Assembly (NCBI RefSeq): GCF_036588685.1
Contig: NC_086380.1
Span: 5,704,001 to 5,768,000 of the forward strand
DNA from: Mytilus trossulus
Taxonomy: Eukaryota
DNA length: 64,000 nt
Reading direction: 5' to 3'
The position numbers and the translations under genes are program-made. The notes below the pieces were generated by a model. It saw only the letters and a list, made by a program, of their open reading frames with translations, made no database searches and was not told where the DNA came from. Each line of letters starts with the position of its first letter. Within the stretch, counting starts at the first letter, position 1. Of the stretch, positions 57,601 through 64,000 are shown piece by piece.

Positions 57601-60600
57601 GTTTAGTTGACCTTTTTGTTGGTACAGATTATAGAGTGGGTCTCATTGGGGTTTAAGTGTGATGTTGGATTGCTGATTTTTTGTGTGAGCGTGACACGTA
57701 AAAGTCAAATTATTGTGCTGTGAAAACAGGAATTTACAAAAAAAACAAGAATTGCTTACGTACATAGTGTAAGCGAGATACAGGAATCAGACAAAACAGA
57801 ACCCCCCAAGAGACCCCCTATGGATAGATTGTAGTTGTTTAACCCCACTTTCAGATACCTCGGCTCTTTTGACCTTTTATTATTGTTGGAAGAAGCACTA
57901 GAGGATAAACCAAATTTCCAGTAGAAAAACTGGATATCCTTGTCAATTAGGATTTTGATCAAACACACCTCACCGTTAACAAGGTTTAAATTCACAACTC
58001 CAGAGTTGACAGGCTGGTGATCGCTGTAGTAACATTAACGATACCAATTTTCCTGATGATCTACTAAGACCACTAGGCCATCTAGGTTCTGGTCAGATAT
58101 AAAAGATATTGAATAACATAGTCAAAGTAATAAATAGAAAGTTTGACATGACTTTTACTATCTACATGTATGTGTACATTTGTTAGAAGCCGGATTATTA
58201 CAGATTAGTGAATAGATTCAGAAATAATTGTTGACATTTATTGTTATCAGCCCCCCCCCCCCCTTTTTGGGGAAAAAATTTGGTTGCTTATATAGGGAAT
58301 CACTGAAGCGTGACTGGAGCATGTCCCCTCTTAGGTCAGTCAGTGGGCCCCCAGTCCCCCCACTTATGAAAATTTCTGACTGCCACTGATTTATGTAGTT
58401 CTTATTATTGGGACTCTCACCAAGTAACATTATTCCCCATAATAAAAGGCTCTCAATAATTTCTGAATTTACAGTATGCTGTATTTCTATTCAGCTTCAG
58501 CAAAATCTATCTTTTAACCTTTTAATGGAGCTTACACCTGACAAATCATAACTTTTTAGCAGTTAACTAAGTTGGAATTGCTTTTTGGTAATAAAATTAG
58601 ACAAATTAGTAACCAGTTGTTCTAACTACTTAAATTTTATAACTAACATATCTTCACAATTTGAATACTTTAAAACATATGGCATGCTTGGTTTTAATTC
58701 TTTTATTTTCTACGATTCTTCAACAAAGTGTGTTTTCAACAAGAAATATTTGCTATTTTTTACACCTTTACTCATCAAAAGTTGAAAATTAGTTTGAAGT
58801 ATGGCATATAAATGTGTTTTATATAACATTTTAACACCAGTTACAACTTATTAACCCACAAATTTATTATGTATTAATCCATAAATCATTTTATGGTGGC
58901 TTCAAGGATTTTGAGGTTACCATCGCATACAGCTGTAGTAATTAACAACAGCATTGGGAGAATATTTCAAGATTGACTTCAAATGAAAATGGCCTTTAGA
59001 TATTTAAGTTTATCAGGAAATGAACATTTACACTGGGTGGTGTAAAATGGTGTAAAAATCATAAGGGCCTTTCAGTGTAAATGAAAAGTCAAAGAATATA
59101 CGGTCTTTGTATAGTTCTAAGACACTGTGTCTCAGGTTAACGATTGGTATTTAGTGGAACCAACTTAAACTTAAATTAATTGCACATCTTTCATTTTTAG
59201 ATAGCAACCATAGAACATGAATATGCCTATTAAAGTGTTTGTTGAGATTTGCCTCTTTGCCCTGTCCTGGTTATTTTTGTCATCCATTCTTTGTGAATGC
59301 ATGCATTTTATTTTGTTTTCCTCTAGTCTTATGGTTAGGTTGTCCTGAGTCCTGTGTTGAGAGCTCTATAAAACTGTACAGCATTTCATCAATTTGCAAA
59401 TCTAAAAGTGAAATTAATATGTTTTTATACATGAGTGTCTTTTATACAAAATATAAATAGATAAGATGTTATTTTCAGAGAGACATTTCTATTAATGGTC
59501 ACTGTGCTTAAACGGCCGTGGGTAACTTAAGTTACCCACAGCCCAAGATGGCGGACTCTAAACTTATTGATATGATAGTTGATACGAAATCAACTTTTTG
59601 CAACGTTTTTCATGATCTATGTAAATATTGATAGGATTTTAGAATAAAAAAATCACTTACCATCGCTACAAATTTATTAATTTTGACTTCTTTTTAGCGC
59701 AAGGCCAACTTTTAAAAAATGCATAAGATGTCCGTAACTTATAAGTCAAAAATAATCAGACTGTCCGTAACTTTATTTTCGGATGTGGGTAACTTTATTT
59801 TCAAAATTGTAAGATTAACAATTTTAACACTTAAAGGACAATAAACACTATGAAACCCCTTAATTAATACATAGATTTATACAATAACGATATGCTTCAA
59901 ACTAAACAATTGAAAAAAGCAAACCAGAGTGTCACGGATTTTCCGTTAAATTCTTAAAAAATGTTCCCGGAATAAAACGGGATCTGACGTTACGGCACAA
60001 TTTATCTAACATTCTTCTAGCTTTATAGATTGTTCACTGACGAGTCCTTGGCCTGTGTAGCCGCGGAAAACAAATGATATCCTTTCCTTTAAATAATTTC
60101 TGAATTGTTCGCCAAAAAAGTATGGTCTCTTCACTGTATGTAGTGTGATGTGTTGTTGATTGAAAATTCCTGTACCAAGTCAGGAAAATGGCAGTTGTTA
60201 TCCATTCGGTTGAGCTTTGGATTTTCTCATTTGATAAGGGAATTTCCTGTTTTAATTTTCTTCAGAGTTCAGTATTTTTATAATTTTACTTTTTAATGCT
60301 GCCTGTACCAAGGCAGGAATATGACCGTTGTTTTCCATTCGTTTGGTGTGTTAAATTGAGCGTTTGGCTTTGCCATTCCATAAAGGACTTTCCGTTTGAA
60401 TATTCCTAGGAGTTCAGCATTTTTGTTATTTATCATTTATTTGTTTAAATAATTACATCCACGAATAAAGATTCTTTGAAAGTTACTGTCATCATGCTAA
60501 AGTTACGGACATCCTTATTGGTACAAGGAAAAAAGTTACGGACAATTTGTTTTGAAGTTACGGACATCATAAGTGTTTTTGAAAATCGTGCTGTAATCGT

Positions 60601-63600
60601 TTATTTTGTAGTAACAAACCATGTTTTACATTGCAGAGTTTCCCTAAAAGATTTATAAAACTTTTTAATTACTGAAAATTTCTTTTGTTTTCATGGTATT
60701 GTAATTATATAGGAGCAAACTTCCTAAACGAAGCCAGGCGGCTCCATCTTGGGCTGTGGGTAACTTAAGTTACCCACGGCCGTTTAAGCACAGTGAATGG
60801 TGAAGTATTTCAGGGTTTATTTCATCAATTGTTGGATAATGATAAATTGTAGAAAATATTGCTTAAGGCAGCGACCATTTGATTTTCTGGGGGGGCTATG
60901 GTTTTTTTTCTGTGCAAACTTCTTTTTTCGCCTTCGGAAGAACAATCACTTTTATTAGCGACAAACCGAAAACAACTTTTTTCTTTTAATTTTAGCATTA
61001 CATAAAGTGGCAGCTGAGGGTGAAACAAACAATTTTATTTTCTCAGGGTCCAAAACAATTTTTTTTTTTCACCAAAACCTGGAAACATACCATAGACCCC
61101 CCCCCCCCCCCCCCCCCTCAGAAAATCAAATGGTTGCTGCCTAAGGAAGATCAGAGTTAGCAAATATTTTGTATACCACTTTAAATATTTAGTTGCACAT
61201 TTCTCCAACTCTACTGCACATAATGATTTATTATATGTCAGAAGATCAACAGTGAAGAGTTTGTGGAGATTTTCAGATTTGTCTAATACTTACTCTAGGT
61301 TTTCAAATGAGGGTCTGCTAAGCATAGCAATGCATTCAATCTTGATATACCAGTAAAGGAACACAATTCCATGCTTTAGAATCTAATGCATCCTGGGTAA
61401 TATTTTCAAAAGTGTACACCATAGCATCGTGATTGGTTAAAAATGTCATAAACAATGGCAAATCAACCTATGACGTTACGTTATTTTCATTTTGGGGTAC
61501 GAAAATGAAATTACCCATGATTCTTTAGATTCTGAAAAGGCGAATTCCTGTTTCATTTTAAACAAATGATTATTGATTGATGTTTTTCTTGGTATTTTTC
61601 AGGAACTGTATTGGACAACAGTTTGCTCTACATGAAATGAAAACAGTTCTTGCCAAAATATTTAGAAGGTTAGTCCTCAATATAATTTATTCAACATTTT
61701 TAAAAGATACCTTGCAAAAACAAATAAATACCCAGATCCCTAAAAAAACTATTCAAATACATTGATAAAGACACATGCAATTTTGAAGTCTGTGTTGCAT
61801 GTCATTAACCACTAGTATAAACATGTTTAACCCTGCCACATTTTTGCACCTGTCCCAAGTCAGGAGCCTCTGGCCTTTGTTAGTCTTGTATTTTTTTAAT
61901 TTTAGTTTCTTGTGTACAATTTGGAAATTAGTATGGCGTTCATTATCACTGAACTAGTATATATTTAGGGGCCAGCTGAAGGACGCCTCCGCATGCAGAA
62001 ATTTCTTGCTACATTGAAGACCTGTTGGTGACCTTCTGCTGTTGTTTTTTCTATGGTCGGGTTGTTGTCTCTTTGACAGATTCCTCATTTCCATTTTCCA
62101 TTTTATTTGTTAATTTATGTATCATTGTCGTTATGCTTAGTTTCTTTTGTTACCTATTCTCACATCTGACTCATACTTTTTATAAACTGAATATAACTGT
62201 GCATATTGTTGTGTGTTGAACTGTTTGTTTATTCTACATTGGCTAGAGGAGTAGGGGGAGGGTTGTGATCTCTGACACCAAACATGTTTAAAAAGTAAAA
62301 TCAGAAAAATACTGAACTTAGAGGAAAATCAATTCCGAAAGTCCATAATCACATGGCAAAATCAAATAATAAAACACATCAAAAACAAATGGACAAGAAC
62401 TGTCATATTCCTGACTTGGTATAGGCATTTTCAAATGTAGAAAATGGTGGATTAAACCTGGTTTTATAGCGCTAACCCTATCACTTTGATGACAGTCTCA
62501 TCAAATCCCCCCCCCCTGCATTTTAGTGCCTGACTTAGACATCTGGTCTTTGTAAGCCTTGGTTGTTTTTAAATTTTAGTTCATTAATATGTTTTGGAGT
62601 TTGGTGTGATGTCCATTTTCATTAAACTAGTATACACATTGTTAAGGGGTCAGCTGAAGCACGCATTTGAGTGCAGGATGTTCTCGCTGTGTTGAAGGCC
62701 CATTGGTGGCCTTGTACTGTTTTCTGCTCATGGTCAGGTTGTTGTCTCTTTGAAGCATTCCTTATTTCCATTCTCAATTTTAATCTTGTTGAAATTATAA
62801 TGTCTTTCTTATATGTACAGGAGGAAAATAAATCTTATGATTATGACATCTTTCGGAAAAATATCAGGTGTCTAACTAAATGCACTAATAAACCTTGCCA
62901 AATAACTGAGAAAAAATGTGTTAAAAAAGGTGTTTACAAATTTATAGAACATTACATTGAATTCTTATGGTTAAATCTGATGATATCTGGACATAAATCA
63001 AGCACATTTTTTATAATTTATAAGGTAATAAAGTAGAAATATATGATATACAGATGTTCAAACTTGTAAAATCCTGCCCCTTTAATTGTAAAATACTAAG
63101 TTGTTTGCAGATAGGAACGATTTGTAAGTGATAAAATTGTAACTATGTGCTTCAAATTAAAAATGAGTACCGCTATTGCTTAACCGATTATTAATTTAAG
63201 AAATATTTAACTACTGATGGGAGATAATTTGAATAAATAGATCGTAAAGAATGACATACAGCAACGTTATCTTGGAATGATCGTGATAAATGTTTGATTA
63301 TCTCCCCTTTACACATTACAAGTACCAACAACTTATATTTATCGTCATGTGCTGGCCTGTGAGAAGTGTCCACTTATTGTAATGTTCATATTAACGTGCC
63401 TCCAAAACTTAACCATACTATAACACTAATTTCAAGATGCATCTTAACATTGTACCCGACCACCTTATACCATTGTGGTATCTTGCTGCTTTATCTTGAA
63501 AAATATGAAAATATACTCCATAATTGCTTATGAATATAAATAAATTGTTATTTTTTTGAAGAATGTTTAATGTTATTGACTGGAATCATTGGTAACATTG

Positions 63601-63991
63601 TTTTATGTTGAAAAATACCAAAGATACTCCATAATTAATTATGATTAAAAATTAATTGAAATTTATTTGAAGAATTTTTATGATATTTTAATACAGAAGT
63701 CATTGGTCAGACTTATGCAAATAAAATAGTTTCAACTTAAGAGAGATTTCTTTCTTTCCTCGACTAAAATTGTTCTTTCAAAGATCTCAACATTGCAAAA
63801 ATTACTGCCTTACATCCTGGCCTGATATATCTGAATTACTGTATATCATTTTTGTGGTATTGAAGAAGAAATCTATGTTTTATATTTGCAGATACTCATT
63901 AGAATTAGACCCTACCCACAAGGTGGAGAAATATGAAACATTGGTTATGAGATCACAGACTGGTATAAAGATGAAGGCATATAGAAGATAA
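39657..63991 (+). CDS. CYP4: Cytochrome P450, family 4 (CYP4F-like), 502 aa, with alternative exon 2A/2B
   Basis: Exons 39657-39821, [42140-42287 OR 42321-42468], 43034-43206, 44966-45090, 46093-46155, 51461-51584, 52399-52534, 52918-53047, 53691-53886, 55980-56062, 61603-61668, 63892-63991 (1509 nt). Motifs: N-terminal TM anchor, [17 protein letters not shown]4 I-helix [18 protein letters not shown] (ExxR), PERF and heme motif FSAGPRNCIG. Subfamily cannot be fixed without a tree. Confidence 0.95.
39983..40395 (-). mobile_element. tRNA-derived SINE
   Basis: Minus strand: A box TGGTCTAGTGG, B box GTTCGATTC, conserved-core-like GGTGGTTCTCTCCGAGTACTTCGGCTTCCTCCACC, (TACA)n tail. More degraded relatives at about 14915-15110, 32516-32705 and 57830-58070. 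Confidence 0.8.
41900..42107. mobile_element. MITE with TA TSD and CTGTGGATTC TIRs
   Basis: ta|ctgtggattcattaattttcg ... cgaaaataaatgaatccacag|ta. Related or partial copies at about 45737-45938, 28168-28715, 14377, 25355-25403 and the split copy at 3261-5400. Confidence 0.9.
42140..42287 (+). CDS. CYP4 alternative exon 2A ([49 protein letters not shown])
   Basis: ttttag acceptor, 148 nt open frame, phase 0 in and phase 1 out, CAG|gtaaat donor. Confidence 0.92.
42321..42468 (+). CDS. CYP4 alternative exon 2B ([49 protein letters not shown])
   Basis: tttatag acceptor, 148 nt open frame, phase 0 in and phase 1 out, CAG|gtatgt donor. Paralogous to exon 2A. Confidence 0.92.
43802..44934 (+). mobile_element. 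HINE/pearl(CvA)-like element
   Basis: 5' TTTTTAGCTCACCTG with subterminal inverted CAGGTGAGC (about 44899-44907). CGTC-rich microsatellite. Two ~499-bp internal repeats starting at about 43909 and 44408. 3' hairpin AGGCTCTTGAGAGCCT, then TT. Confidence 0.88.
46679..50163 (-). pseudogene. LINE ORF2 (AP endonuclease, reverse transcriptase, C-terminal CCHC) with two in-frame nonsense codons
   Basis: One reading frame throughout. APE motifs [34 protein letters not shown] motifs [42 protein letters not shown] motif CQLC...H...C. Stops TGA at 48275-48277 and TAA at 47105-47107; no frameshifts. Confidence 0.92.
50136..51110 (-). CDS. LINE ORF1 (coiled coil plus L1-ORF1-type RRM/CTD), 324 aa, intact
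   Basis: Heptad-rich N-terminal half, then the SDNLVFAGL...HRFGK...RPIVAKF...GISDQF...DKLYING pattern typical of L1-like ORF1 proteins. Confidence 0.85.
   Translation of the reverse strand: MATNTQQTDDELSGNLLYDKDARVILMEILKSLRVLTDRIEKIEIEVQKIDGIKEGLSNLSTRVQTNEETIVEIQDRNRKVEESVEKMGQIVHTVVDKYSANAEEISQIKDRMETIGEENGKVSNIVIQELKAEVLDLKCRSMSDNLVFAGLAFQREESCKLKIQNFLLNELDIPYNVNLGSVHRFGKPGLNGARPIVAKFIHRDELEDVLKNTFKLKGKTFGISDQFLIEIERKRKELYPVMKMAKNEGKKVKLVRDKLYINGKRHVSTDTKPNSTEYRDVLLRQAQQNLHRNKTVNERPFKRSRQESGNNDAIKEATLTTQL
52105..52371. mobile_element. Copy of the TTAA/GGTGGTACC MITE
   Basis: ttaa|ggtggtacccaacac ... tgttaggtaccaca|ttaa. Opposite orientation to the 30440 copy. Confidence 0.85.
56321..56592. 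mobile_element. Copy of the TTAA/GGTGGTACC MITE
   Basis: ttaa|ggtggtacccaacac ... gataccacc|ttaa. Confidence 0.85.
59500..60795. mobile_element. Non-autonomous DNA transposon with 52-bp perfect TIRs (CACTGTG termini) and apparent 6-bp TSD AATGGT
   Basis: TIRs at 59500-59551 and 60744-60795. aatggt at 59494-59499 and 60796-60801. Subterminal GTCCGTAACTT / AAGTTACGGAC repeats. No transposase ORF. Confidence 0.9.
60867..61141. mobile_element. MITE with GGCAGC/AACCATTTGATTTTCTG TIRs and G/C runs
   Basis: ggcagcgaccatttgattttctggggggg ... ccccctcagaaaatcaaatggttgctgcc. Confidence 0.85.
61365..61547. mobile_element. Small MITE-like repeat (second copy at about 19581-19763)
   Basis: Imperfect inverted ends agaatctaatgcatcctgggtaat / attacccatgattctttagattct. 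Collinear with the copy in the last LZTR1 intron. Confidence 0.65.
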
Positions 63992-64000
63992 TTAGCATCC

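Noticed and set aside
60025-60085. Hammerhead-like CTGACGAGTCC...GGAAAAC inside the CAC-ended transposon
   Set aside because: The core lacks the required CGAAA register, and stems I and III cannot be paired.
53970-63373. Numerous 60-120 aa ORFs in the ORF track within CYP4 introns (and similar ones elsewhere)
   Set aside because: Apart from 61577-61765, which contains real CYP4 exon 11, they overlap MITE/SINE fragments or AT-rich intron, many have non-ATG starts, and none shows a protein motif.

Overview
AT-rich, intron-rich animal genomic DNA. The repeat landscape (HINE/pearl-like elements, tRNA-derived SINEs, many MITEs) suggests a bivalve mollusc, possibly Mytilus; this is an inference. 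I reconstructed three spliced genes by hand from GT-AG junctions and reading phase. (1) The 3' part of a phosphorylase kinase gamma gene (PHKG, + strand, 7 exons, 2973-12564). (2) A complete LZTR1 gene (- strand, 21 coding exons, 37109-19352, 764 aa), convergent with PHKG. (3) A complete CYP4-family P450 (+ strand, 39657-63991, 502 aa), head-to-head with LZTR1. The introns contain a near full-length antisense LINE, several Helentron-type non-autonomous elements carrying satellite arrays, and several MITE families. Main findings: the CYP4 gene has two intact, 57%-identical, 148-nt copies of exon 2 only 33 nt apart, which must be mutually exclusive as in human CYP4F3A/B. An LZTR1 splice acceptor has been amplified six times by a 64-bp tandem repeat, and only one copy keeps the frame. 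A 1.3-kb DNA transposon has CACTGTG ends, 52-bp perfect TIRs and an apparent 6-bp TSD. The LINE's 5' end and 3' UTR carry a perfect 14-bp inverted repeat.
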